Counted from the first letter of the stretch, positions 26,771 through 40,372 are shown. The stretch is DNA of 63,286 bases from Octopus sinensis (GCF_006345805.1 NW_021831858.1:1-63286), one strand, 5' to 3'. The notes: a model not told the origin generated them from the letters alone. Made by a program: numbers and translations.

Positions 26771-27074
26771 GATAGCAACGCAGAGAGAGATTCACTGATT
26801 GAATCTTAATTGATAGATCACACTTAACTTACGTATATTAAAATATAGTTAAGATATATAAACTGGGGAACTCAATAGGTAGTACTCCAACCATCAGGTG
26901 GAGTATATTCATTAGTCCGATGTTGATGGTTCACTCTGTCATTAGTCATAGCTTATCAATATGTGCAATATTTCTGGATATTGTACAGAATGATAAACTG
27001 TGATTAAAGACATAGTGAATCCTTACAAATGTACATGCATACTTACGTATGTGCGTACGCTTATGTATATATAT

Positions 27075-27118
<44 letters not shown>

Positions 27119-27387
27119 CATACACACATACATACATACATACATACATACATACATACATACATACATACATACATACATACATACATACATACATGCA
27201 TACATACATATATAGTTGTAAAAAATTATTACCTTTGTATGGTATTTTTTCCCATGCTGGCCACTTGATAATATCGATATTTAAAAATCGATATTATCCT
27301 TATTTATAAACATATATATAATATATATATATATATATAATATATTATATATATATATATATTATATATATATTAATATATATATGT

Positions 27388-27565
27388 AGGGAGAGTTTAC
27401 GAAAAAAAAACAAAAGTCGAAGACAGCTGGTGTACAAAACAAACAGATGTATTAGTATAACGCTCAGGAATAGAAAAAGTCTTTTACGTTTCGAGCCTAT
27501 GCTCTTCTACAGAAAGGAACACAGAAAAAAAACAGGGAGAGAAACAAGGAGAGAAAAAAAAACTG
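27388..27565 (-). mobile_element. Penelope-like terminal fragment with hammerhead-like core; 3' end abuts (TA)n
   Basis: Minus strand CUUU-CUGUAGA-A-GAG-CAUAGG-CUC-GAAAC-GUA-AAAG at 27480-27516; downstream TTCCTGAGCGTTATACTAATAC resembles 60297-60317. Confidence 0.65.
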
Positions 27566-27779
27566 GCTTTCGTAGACAGGCATTTAATCAACTTCCATAA
27601 TCAAGAAACTTCAGTTTCTCATTCTATCTATCTATCTATAAGCATATATATATATATATATATATGCTTATATGTGTGTATATATATATATATATACACA
27701 CATTTATATATACACACGTTTTTTTTCTTATCTCTCTGTTTATTTCCTCTTATTCCTTTCTGTTGAAGAACGTATGCAT

Positions 27780-27789
27780 GGGTGGAAGG

Positions 27790-27825
<36 letters not shown>

Positions 27826-27870
27826 ATGGATGGATGGATGGATGGATGGATGGATGGACGGATGGATGGC
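27780..27870. repeat. (GGAT)n microsatellite
   Basis: Direct reading. Confidence 0.95.
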
Positions 27871-28659
27871 TGTGTATTGTTTATGCAAGTATATGTGTAT
27901 GCACCTGTGTACATTTTCTGAGTTCATATTTCCTGCATCTACATTCGTGTTCCCCAATTGTAAACAAAAGGTTCGTTCACACTTCAATTGTTCATTCCCT
28001 CGACTTCTCTGTGTAAACATGGCCGGGTTGTTTCTTATCCGATAAACTTGGAGATTATTACCTCACTTGAAAGCAGCTGGGGGTTAGGTGTCTTGAAACT
28101 TATCCGACTATAGAAAAACTATGTTAATTGCTGCCTTAACATTGCGCTAAAAGTATGAAGGTATTATTATATAAGGAGAAGAAAACCGAAGAGAGAACCT
28201 ATGTAATTGTTCATTTCTGTTCCTTTATTTGGCACGTCTGGTGTGATTTCAGTTCATACAGAATCGATCTTTTATTGCAAGCGTGATCTAAAGAAAACTT
28301 TCAGCGACTTCGAATGAGAAACTGAAGTTTCTTGATTATGGAAGATGAACGCCTCTATGTTGAGATGAGTACTCTAGAAGATTGTTTCAAAACGACTGTT
28401 GAAAATGCTCTTGTACTTATAATTTGTTGATAAATGCTTGTCTACGAAAGCCAGTTTCTTTGCAACAGAATACGATTTGAACTCAGAGGATATCACAAGA
28501 TTTATAATCAATCGTTCTAAACAATTTCGGCAAACCACACCCCGGACTCGTACCTCTTTATCGACCTCGAAAGGGGAAAAGTTACGCAAAGTTGATATGG
28601 CAAAGTTGATTTCTGGCGGATTTGAGCTCAGAGCAAACAGACGTAGTAAAACATGTATC

Positions 28660-29020
<361 letters not shown>

Positions 29021-29128
29021 TGCATATATTGATGCATATATACATATATAATTGGGTCTATGCATGTGGATACACACGGACGCAATTACATACAGATATA
29101 TGTGTATGTATGTATGTGTGTATGTATA

Positions 29129-29159
<31 letters not shown>

Positions 29160-29989
29160 AGTAAATATGTATGCGCATAAGCTTGCGCGTACACATACAT
29201 GCTGATAAACAAATGTGTATAAGCTTGTGTGTATTTGGTTACACATATAAATTATATATTTATACATATATATACATATATTTATACACATATAAATCAT
29301 ATATTTATACATAATATTAATCACAAACTGGAAAATATACACACAGTATAAAAGAGATAAAATATATACCAACACACCCAATAGTATGCATATTCATAAA
29401 CTGAGCAATTTATTTAATACATACAGTCATACATAAACATTTATTTTTATACAAAGTCATATAGACACACTCTGTCATACATTAATTTATATACACTCAT
29501 GCCCAAGGACACCTCTTGTTTCAAATACGTGTGTGCTGGTAATTAAAAGACAAAAAATAAATATATATTTGCAATACGGAAAGTAAAAGTAAACAATACA
29601 GCCATATATTATAACATAGCAATTAAAATTATCATGATGTAAAACTAAAACCAAAAGAATTAATGTAAAATATAAAAGATGATTAATTAAATAAAATCCA
29701 CTAGAAATATTTGATATTAAGTGAGACGAATAAAAACATGAATAATATTGTAACAAATAATGTTTATATCAGGAATGTCAGCCATGAAATAATCTAGGAA
29801 ATGAACTTCGCTGAAATGAATGAACAAAAGGTTATGTTGTTTCTTTAACTTTCTGACTTTATTTTTAGAGAGCTTCACAAGACACTGCCATTATCTTTAT
29901 ATCTTAATAAAACATAATATTTCGATGATCTCGTCGAGACATTGTATTGTTATTGTGATGTTTAACTATCTCTTTTTCGTCATGTATTC

Positions 29990-30217
29990 TATTTATATAT
30001 ATATATATATATACATATGTTATATATATAAATATGTATGTATGTAAGTATATATATATGTACGTATGTATGTATAATATATATGCAATATATATATATA
30101 TGCATATATATATTATATATATATATATATGTATACATATATATACTCCTCTATATATTATATATAATGTATATTATATATATATATATAATATATATAT
30201 ATATATATTATATATAT

Positions 30218-30277
<60 letters not shown>

Positions 30278-30289
30278 CATATGTATATG

Positions 30290-30359
<70 letters not shown>

Positions 30360-30677
30360 GTTTTGTGTTCTTTTTCTTTTGTATTTGTATTTGTTTTAGC
30401 TCGCAGCTACCGACATCACTAATTATTTTGCATTATTTCAATAAACAATAAGGTAATAATTATCGTGGAAGTAGGAAGTGAAAAAGAGAGAGGAGTGTCA
30501 TAGGGTGAGTCTTTTGTTGTCGATTTCGAGACAGAGAGAGGGGTGGAGAGAGAGAAAGGGAGAGAGAAAGAGACAGAAAGAGAGAAAGAAAGACTTTTCT
30601 TCCTCATTATATTGGATCCTGGTTGCGTTTGTGTTGAAACAGAAACAGTGGCAGTGCGGGGAAGAGAATATCGGCAT

Positions 30678-30773
<96 letters not shown>

Positions 30774-30902
30774 TACATACATGCATACATACATACATGC
30801 GTACGAACGTACATACATAGATAATACTTACACACCACACGCACATATATATGTATGTGTGTATGTATGAATGTATGTATGTAATTATGTAGCATATCCG
30901 TA

Positions 30903-30938
<36 letters not shown>

Positions 30939-31032
30939 TGTATGTATGCATGTATGTATGAATGTGTGTATGTATGTATGTATGTATGTATGTATGTATG
31001 TATGTATGTATGCATACATGTATGTATGTATG
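29990..31032. repeat. (TA)n, (GATA)n, (GA)n and (TATG)n blocks
   Basis: Direct reading. Confidence 0.9.
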
Positions 31033-31147
31033 TCATTGTTCAGTTTTATTTCAAGATTTCTTGCCAATAAAGAAAGAGCCGGTTTCTAACCTAGATCTAA
31101 TGCCCCTTCATTGGAATTTCCACATCAACAACAGGGTATTTTTGCTT
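31033..31147 (-). mobile_element. Approx. 112-bp element embedded in (CATA)n/(TATG)n
   Basis: Reverse complement matches 54911-55023 with the same two ends. Confidence 0.75.
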
Positions 31148-31414
31148 GTATGTATGTACGTTTCCTCAAATCATGACATGAGAGGCAGGCCTTGATTACT
31201 GGTATTGCCTAAGAACGCACACTGTTTTCTCTGTCCTACATTGCCAGGAACGAGACTTTGTTGGTCCCATGTATAAAATATATCATCAGCGATAGCGGTG
31301 TCCAAACGATACTAGCGTCAGCTTTAAAAGATGACAAAACTGAATGGTACCTCGTACTACCCCTTCTTTAAAATCAAATTCCCAGCACATAAAACCACAT
31401 ACAGACACATAATT

Positions 31415-31945
31415 TTTGTGACTGTGTGGTCAGGAGCTTCTTTCCCAACCATATGATTTCGGGTTCAGTTCTACTACGTGGCATCTTGGATTACACGAGT
31501 TCCCCCTATCTCTCTCTATTCATTTCCCCTTATTCTATTATATCCTTCTACTATAGCCTTCTGTGGAGGCACATGACCTAGTGGTTAGAGCAGTGGACTT
31601 GCGGTCGAGAGATCGCGCGTTCGAATCTCAGACTAGGGGATGTGTGTGTTTATGAGCAAAAACACCTAAGCTCCACGCAGCTCCGGCAGAAGATAATGGC
31701 GAACTTCTGCTGACTCTTTCGCCACTACTTTCTCTCACTCTTTCCTCCTGTATCTTGCAGCTCACCGGCGACGGATCGGCGTCCCGTCCAGGTGGGGAAC
31801 CTATACACCAAGGAAAACGGGAAACCGGTCCTTATGAGCCAGGCGTGGCTCGAGAAGGAAAAAACAGCAACTATAGCCTTCTATCTTCTGCTACAGCCTC
31901 CGAGTCGATCAAAGCCTTATGAGTGGATTTGGTAGACGGAAACTG
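31415..31945 (+). mobile_element. Family B SINE 5' half interrupted by a family C SINE
   Basis: GACTGTGTGGTCAGGAGCTTCTTTCCCAACCAT...GGGTTCAGT before the insertion; AAAGCCTTATGAGTGGATTTGGTAGACGGAAACTGAAAG after it. Confidence 0.7.
31563..31869 (+). mobile_element. Family C (OR1-like) SINE, full length, with 13-bp target-site duplication
   Basis: TSD ACTATAGCCTTCT at 31550-31562 and 31870-31882; A-box TGACCTAGTGG, B-box GTTCGAATC. Confidence 0.9.
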
Positions 31946-32583
31946 AAAGATGCGTTTCATCATATCGGGCGCGATAAAGCAAGTACCAGTTGAGGACTGA
32001 GGACGATGTAAGCGATTTCACTCCTCCCCTGAATTTGTTGGCCATGAACCAAAATTTGAAAGAAAATCAATAAATGTAAGACAAATTCTTGCCTCACACA
32101 AAACGAAATCAGTCACATTTCTTGTTAGATAAAAGTACTTCGAAACGGTAAAATGTTCATGTTTAGTACCACATGAACTCTGAGTTGAATAGATATTGAA
32201 AATTAAGCAATTAACTAATTGACAGTTTACAAAATAAACAAACTATTATCCAAAAGATTTTTTTATTCAATTTCTCCGCCATTTTCATTTTATTTTGTCT
32301 TATTTCTGTACTTCTAGTTCTTTCTCTCACACCATTTTTTTATTACCCTTTCTTTCTCACCTCTCTTCTCCTATCTCTTCTTGCTTTCTTGTTTCTATTC
32401 TTCTCTCTCTTCTCGTCTTCTTTTCCTGTCTCGCCTTTCATATTTTTCCTTTTCTGCTTCTTTTCTTTTCTCTCCCAATCTCTCTTTGTTTTCTCTCTCT
32501 CCTACTTCCTTTTTTGTTTCTCTCTACTTCTTCTTCTTCTCCTTTCTTTTCTCATCTCTTTCTCCTTCCTTATTCTTTCTTTT

Positions 32584-32634
<51 letters not shown>

Positions 32635-32884
32635 CTTACATTTCTTCCCTTTTTGTCTCTATTCTTATTCTTTCTTCTTCGCTAATTTTCTAACGCTATT
32701 CCAAAATTCTTCCTTCCCTTCTCACGTCATTCGCAGTAGAGAGGGCCATTTCTGGCCTTCGTTACACCCTCCATACTTCCTTTCCAGCAATCGTTAATAT
32801 TCCCCTGTTTTCATTCCTTCTCGAATCATTTCTGCAAATATTCTTTCCTTCGTCTGTTTCTTACTTTAGTTTCCTTCTTTTTGT

Positions 32885-33527
32885 TCTTGTTGTAGTGGTA
32901 GTGGTGGTGGTTGTGATTCTTTTATTAAAATGTCTTAACTCGCAATGAACACCAACCAAGACTTTTCAATGACGACGACCACAATGAGGTGGAGGTGAGC
33001 GGTTGAAGTGTTGAGGAATGATTAAGACGATGATGATGAAGTGGTGGCGGTAGGGTAGTGGTGGTGATGGTGGTGGTGGTGGTGGCAGAGATGATGGCGG
33101 TAGTTTGGTGATGGTGGTGGTGGTGGTAGTATAGATGATGGCGGTAGTTTGGTGGTGTGGGGGTAGTGGTGGTGGCGATGGTGGTGGTGGTAGTGGTGGT
33201 GGTGGTGACCATGGTCGTAATGAAAGGAAAACCTGATGTTGGAAACGGTGGCCGAGGTCGGAGTGAATATGTTATTGACAAAGATAATGAGGGTGATGAT
33301 GTTCACGATGGTGGTGGCGTTGGTAATGATAATAGTAATGTTGGTGATCATGATTATGATCATGATGGTGCTGGTGCTTGTGCTGATGGTGGTGTTGTTG
33401 GTGGTGGCGGTGCTGGGAGTGGTGGTTGTGGTGGTAGTCGTTGTGGTGGTATCAGCGGTGGTGTTGGTGTTGGTATTGATGTTAGTGGTGGTGATAAGGA
33501 TGATGATGAGGATGATGGTGATGGCGG

Positions 33528-33595
<68 letters not shown>

Positions 33596-34221
33596 GTGAT
33601 AATGATGATGGCAATGGTAGGTTTCGTTTTCTTGATATGATTCTTACAATTGAAGAGAGTCTTAAAAGGAAACCCCGCTAGCGAACTGGCGACCCGTCAT
33701 TGAGGCGGGCGTTTCCTATCTGTTGGTGGTGGGGTTTCCACGTCTCTGTCTGTTTACTATTACGTAGGGGGGTGGGTTGCTGTTGCCGATGATTGTGTTA
33801 GTGGTCATGATCATGATCATCATCACGTGATAATGACGACGGACAACGACGATGACGACGGCGGGGTCGACGGTATCACAGAACTTGATGAAGATGATTA
33901 TGATGACGATGATGATGATGATGATGATGATGACGACGACAGCAACGAAATAAGCGACGTGAAGAAAGTCGGGGCGGTTGTTGGATGGGGGTGATTCAAT
34001 GTCGATGATAAAAATCTACGTTGACGTGACATCGGCCCCCATCATGTTAAGAAACCTATCTAGAGAAGCGACCCATAATTAGGGTTCCTTCTTGGCCGGG
34101 TAGATAGCAATGGGGGCAGATATAATTAACGAAACTCGCTGCTTATCAGTATCCAACGGTTCGAATTTTGATCTTGTACTTGTTGTTGTTTTTTGTGTTC
34201 ATGTTGCAGTTGTTGTTGTAG

Positions 34222-34256
<35 letters not shown>

Positions 34257-34401
34257 GCTGGTCGCTTTTGTCTCCTTGACGTTTCTAAGCTAATAGTTCC
34301 TGATGTTTTTCCCCTCCACGTCTCTGAGTTCTTGACATAATCTCGTCTCTCTGGCACTGTTAATGGTTAATCAGGATTATTATTATCATCAGCACCACCA
34401 C

Positions 34402-34454
<53 letters not shown>

Positions 34455-34572
34455 CAATCATCGTCGTCGTTGTTGTTGTTGTTGTTATTATTATTATTAT
34501 TTTCATTATTATCATTATTATTATTATTATCATTAGTTTTATTATTATTATTATTATTAGTAGTATCATTAG

Positions 34573-34617
<45 letters not shown>

Positions 34618-34650
34618 CATTATTATCATTATTATTATTATCATCAATGT
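32885..34650. repeat. (GGT)/(GAT)/(GTT)/(CAT)/(ATT) low-complexity zone with two unique GC-rich islands
   Basis: Direct reading; source of poly-V/D/M/T ORFs. Confidence 0.9.
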
Positions 34651-34764
34651 AATAGTTGTTTTGTAAGACCAGTGTTGTTATGTTAGATTTTTTGGCGTTT
34701 TATTATTATAATACTTGATAACAGAACTAAAAGCAAATAGCTGCGCCAATGAAAGAATGTGATA

Positions 34765-34890
<126 letters not shown>

Positions 34891-34934
34891 TTATATATAG
34901 ATATATATATATACATACATACATAAATACATAC

Positions 34935-34967
<33 letters not shown>

Positions 34968-35477
34968 TATTCATATATATATTTATAAACACACACATAT
35001 ATAGAGTTAAAAAGAAAACATTCAGTAGTCAAGGACTATGCAAAGGATGCTTAGAAACATACTCCACAGACGCGCACACGCACACATGTGTCGAGGGAGT
35101 AAAATAATAATTTTAAAAAATGAAGTTAAAACAAATTTTCTAATTAATTTACTCTTTGTGATAATCGCAAGACACCCGTGCAGACAAAAACATATAAATA
35201 CACAGACTGATAAATAAAGAAATCAAACAAAGATATACACACGTATATATATATATATATATGTAAACGAATATATATATATATATATTTAAATAAACGA
35301 ATATATACATATATATGCACACATATATGTATGTATCATGTATACAAGGAGGCACACACATATATTCATACACGTGAAAGAGACACACATATACACATAT
35401 AACATATATATTCATGTAAATGACGTACATACATATACATATATATACATATATATATATATATATGTATGTATGTG

Positions 35478-35564
<87 letters not shown>

Positions 35565-35939
35565 TATATACATATATACATATATATTTAATAATTAAAA
35601 CCATGCGCACTCTATGACACGAGCGTACGAAAATAATTTACAATGAAGAACATACAATTATAACAATACCGATAACAACAAGAACTACAACATCAATAAT
35701 AATAAATAAACATTAACAACAACTACAACGTCAACAACAACAGCTGGATATAACAAGAAAACAATAGTTTAAGAAAGTAAGGTAAAAATGTGATATAGCA
35801 ATTCAACTGTTAGATGTGGCTGTCAAAAAGATCATAAGATGTCCGTATCTGTTCGTCTGATTTACCATTCCTGTAATCTACAGGAATTTCAGGGTTTCAG
35901 AAAAGCAGAAGCTTAGAAAGTGGGCCTGGCTGGTGTTTC

Positions 35940-37020
35940 AGGCGGTGGTCTGGTAGTGGTGCTGCTGGTTTGGTGGTGGTGGTGATGGTGTTGGTGTTGG
36001 TGGTGATGGTGGTCGTGGTCGTGGTCGTGGTGATCGTGGTCGTGGTCGTGGTCGTGGTTTCGGTGGTGGTAGTGGTCGTGGTTTTGGTGGTGGTAGTGGT
36101 CGTCGTGGTCGTCGTGGTTTTGGTAGTGGATTTGGTGGGAGGAGTGTCTATGATGATGATGTTGGTGGTGGTGGTAGTGGTCATGTTAACGATAGTGATG
36201 GCGGTAGAGGTAATGGTAGTGCTACTGATGGGGTGTTGATGATGAGGTGATGGTGGTGGTGGTGATGCTGGTATTGGTGGTAGTGGTGGTGGTGGTGGTG
36301 GTAGTGGTGGTGGTGGAGAGGGAGGTGTTTGAGGCGGTGGCAGCGGTGGTAATGGTATTGGTGGTGGTGGTGGTAGCGGTGGTGGTGGTGGTGGTGGTGT
36401 GGTGGTGGTGGTGGTAGTAGTACTGGTAATGTTGCTGCTAGTTTTCCTACTGGTTTTTGTGGTGGAGGTCGTCGTGGAGGTCGCGGTTGTAGCACGGTGG
36501 TGATGACGTGGCTACAGTATGGTGGGAAGTTTGTAATTGTTGGTACTTTTGTTGTTGTTGTTGTTTAGCTGAATGTTAGCCTTCGTTGAGCAGATCTATG
36601 ATTGAAGGCGTGTCGGCCATGGCCTTTCTGTTTGTTGTTGTGTACAAAGAACCCAGACATGACCCTATGCTAAGAAGCTGCCGTGAGATTTGAGGGATAT
36701 TAAGCAGCAGCTTCTAGCGGTCAGATCGACTACGTAGATGTTCTGTTGTTGCCTTGCATGTCGTATAGTGGCGGTGTCGGCAGAGGCGATGGTGGGGGGG
36801 GGTTGTGGTAATAATGATGGCGGCGTTGGCGGAGGCGGTGGTGAGGGTGGCTTAGGAGGCGGTAGCGGTGGTGGAGTGGTGGGCTGGGCGGTAGTAGTGG
36901 TGGTGGTGGTAATAGTGATGGTGTCGTTGGTGGTGGTGCTGGTGCTCTGGTCAGAGTTTGTAGCGGTACGGTTATAGTTCAGTGCTAATTGTATGGCTGC
37001 CATATTGTAGTACTAGTAGT
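35940..37020. repeat. Degenerate (GGT)n low-complexity tract
   Basis: Direct reading. Confidence 0.9.
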
Positions 37021-37435
37021 GCAACGCTAATGTTGTGGCGGTACTGCGGTAGCCTTTAGGCTATATACTTCTAGCGAAGCATCGTGTTGCCTGTAGTATA
37101 GAGGTGTTGATGCAAACTTTGGTGATAACGTTGTGATAGTAAGTGGCACTGGTGAAGCAGTGACAAGTGAAGCAGTGACATGGTTAGTCTGTAGTGCAGT
37201 AGTGGCAGTGTTGTAAAAGCAGTATAGTGACGTTCTAAGCTGTAGTACAGAAATGTTTATTTTGTTGTTGTTCTTGTTGGTGTAGTATGATACTGCCTTG
37301 GCTGCAATATTGTGATGTGGTTATAGTGTCTTTTGTTTGTTTGTTTGTTTGTTTTGCTATTGTTCTATTTATTTGTTGTCGCTAGAGAAAATGAAAGTAC
37401 CCATGGCTGCCCTCGACCTTCCTAGATCGATCATA

Positions 37436-37642
37436 TTATTTTCTACTCTAGACAGAAGGCCAGAAATTTGGGGGAAGTGGACCAGTCGATTAGATCGACC
37501 CCCGTACGAAACTGGCACTTAATTTATCGACCCCGGAAAAATGAAAGGTAAAGTCGGAATTTGAACTCAGAACGTAAAGACGGACGAAATATCGCTAAGC
37601 ATATCGCCCGGCGTGCTAACGATTCTGTCAGCTCGCCACCTT
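37436..37642 (-). mobile_element. Family A SINE
   Basis: Reverse-complement head GATTCTGTCAGCTCGCCACCTT, GAATTTGAACTCAGAACG, core, tail. Confidence 0.9.
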
Positions 37643-37871
37643 CAAATATTAATTCTTTATATACACCAACTTTAACTGAATTGAGTATTGCATCCGTCTT
37701 AATCTTTTGACTAAAATATAAGCAATTTTAGCTCCCTATATAAATAACACATTTCCAACTACGACAACAAGACTTTGAACGTCTTTAGAACTTCGTGAAT
37801 GATATCATTAGAAAGTGTGTACTGTTACAGTGTTTCAATAAGCATTTCTGTCAGCTCGCCGCCTTGAATAA

Positions 37872-38086
37872 CCTTTTATTCACTAGGCACAAAGCCCGAA
37901 ATTTTGGGGGAGGCGGCCAGTTAATTAGATCGACCCCAGTACGCAACTGGTACATAATTTATCGACCCCGAAAGGATGAAATGCAAAGTCGACCTCGGCA
38001 GAATTTGAAATCAGAACGTAAAGACTGACGAAATACCAATAAGCATTTCGCCCGGCCTGCTAACGTTTCAGTCAGCTAGTCGCCTT
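37872..38086 (-). mobile_element. Family A SINE
   Basis: ATCGACCCCGAAAGGATGAAATGCAAAGTCGACCTCGGCAGAATTTGAA is the reverse-complement core. Confidence 0.9.
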
Positions 38087-38244
38087 ATAGATCGATCATA
38101 CTGATACCGCAAATGCTCTTCGTGAAGTTTTGTAAGTCAAGACTGTGAAGAACGATAGAAAATATAGAATAGGCTTTAAATTATGTGTTCTGGGGTCCAT
38201 GTGTTCAACTAAGGCGTTTCCTTAACATGGCCGCTGTTTATTGA

Positions 38245-38279
<35 letters not shown>

Positions 38280-38326
38280 CATCTTTCTTTTCCTAACTTG
38301 TGTTTCTTTCTTTCCTTCTGATTCAG

Positions 38327-38403
38327 CCCGACGAATCAAACGCATTTTTGTCTGTCTCCTGTCAAAGCTTGCTTCTTCGCGTTCGGTACGAGACCTCGTT
38401 TAG
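38327..38403 (+). CDS. Candidate alternative terminal exon (xRRIKRIFVCLLSKLASSRSVRDLV*, phase 1)
   Basis: Textbook 3' splice site: CTAAC branch at 38293-38297, about 25-nt pyrimidine tract, CAG; reading frame choice is an inference. Confidence 0.4.
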
Positions 38404-38762
38404 ACTTAGCAGCCCTTCCTGTTTGCTTTCACTGTCCTGTTTTTGCTACCAATTCTTCGCAAAATCCCAAATTTTATTTAATTTGCTTTGCGGGAGTAAC
38501 TGTTTTATTCGAAGCGTATCTTGTGGTGATTTGCTCGAAATACGGATTAGAAAAACAGCCGACAACTGATGAAGGGTCGTTCGTTATCTTGCTTGTCTTG
38601 TTTTCGATTTGTTTCATTCGTTGTTTGCAAAAAATGGTTCATATTCCATGTATTCGTATTTCGTATCTTATGTTTTCGTATTTTATGTTGTTTACGTTCT
38701 GTGACGTTCTGTGCCCACCTATGCATATGTATATACATATATATGTAAGTATGTACATATAC

Positions 38763-38812
<50 letters not shown>

Positions 38813-38965
38813 ATAGAAATGGTAAGACAACAAAAGAATGAAAGAGAACTCGATATTATGTGAATAGAGGAATTTATCTGTAAATGTAATATGTGACAAT
38901 TATTCGGTAGCCATGATAAAACTCCTAGTTTCGGATGCCGGGGTGGATATTCATGCCGCCATCTC

Positions 38966-39030
38966 TTCAGTTATCCGGCCATCGGAAAAAGTGCTAAAAT
39001 AGCATTTTTTCCGATGGACGGATAACTGAA
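38966..39030. other. 31-bp near-perfect hairpin
   Basis: TTCAGTTATCCGGCCATCGGAAAAAGTGCTA-AAA-TAGCATTTTTTCCGATGGACGGATAACTGAA; one G.A mismatch, one G.U pair. Confidence 0.9.
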
Positions 39031-39143
39031 TATATAGATGAGTTAATTTACATTGGGCCGACTCAGACCGTTTAAAATAATGATGATGATGATGATGACG
39101 TTAATGATGATGATGAGGATGATGATGATAACGGTGATGGTGA

Positions 39144-40328
39144 TGCAATACCAGGCACTTACTCTCATGGCTTCTCTCAACTGATTGGAAGTGCTCCCAT
39201 GTACATGCTCTGTCTTGGTATAAAAGATGAGCTACTGCAAATACTCTGCTCAATATCACAGATTTGCTTGTCAGTTGCTTGATCTTAACCAGTTGAGCAG
39301 GTCTCTCAGTGGCTGAAGAAATTTAGATCTCTGATCATGAACAGAAGTAGTGAGGGATCATCATGTGTTGAGAGGAATTCTTTGGAGTTTGAATAATTCA
39401 CCTCTGGAAACATGGGTGTCTCGTTCAACATCCTTAAACAACCCTTAATCATGGATCTTTTGAGCGGGATGGGATACTCGAAGTGAAGAAAATTCTAACT
39501 GGACCCCACCTGTAATGTCATGCGCTGTTTATCTTGGTTTGAGATCACCACATCGCTCACATATGGTCGTGATGCATGTGCCTAGTGTACCCTTAACGGA
39601 CGGGCAGCTATTATTGGTATACTGGGCTTCGTATATTTGGACCCTAGTATCACCTTCATGGCATGCACGGCTTTCTAACTCAGTAAAAATAATAATGATA
39701 TAAAATATTAAATTGCCTCATGCAGTACAAGGAAGTGGCACGCATGGCTTCGGATCTTAACTGATTAAAAAATTTATCATTTACATGGTTTGTCTTGGTA
39801 CAAGAGTTGTGCTACTGCAAATATTCTGCTCAATACAGCGGATTTGCTTGTCAGTTGCTTGACCTACACCAGTTGAGCATGTCCCTCAGTGGCTGACAGT
39901 ATGTCCATCATCTGATCATTAGCAGGAAAAGATGGGAAGCATCACAACCATGTCTTGAGAGGAATTGTTTGAGGTTTGAATAAATCGCCTCTGGAAACAT
40001 GGGTGTTTCGTTTATTATCCTTAAAGAAACCTTATTCAAGGGCATTTTGAGCGAGATAGGCTACTGAGAAAATTCTAACTGGGCCCCCACCCGCAGGGTT
40101 ATGCGGTGCTTGTCTTGATATAAGATCATCATCATATCGCGCACAAATGGATGTGATGCATGTGCCTGGCGGACCCTAATCAGGCGGGTAGTGATGATGG
40201 GTATATTGAGCTTCGTATATTTGTACCCCAGTGTCACTTCGATAGCATGCACTCCTCTCTCACTCAACAACAACAACAACAACAACGACGACGACGACGA
40301 CGACGATGATGATAATAATAATAATAAT

Positions 40329-40372
<44 letters not shown>

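Noticed and set aside
32130-32190. VPHEL peptide suggesting a mariner remnant
   Set aside because: Only five or six matching residues, no TIR; too little to call.
38328-38813. Long open frame PTNQTHF...CDVLCPPMH overlapping the candidate exon
   Set aside because: Hydrophobic and Cys-rich as expected from T-rich DNA, runs into microsatellite, no domain; it cannot be fully excluded as the true frame.
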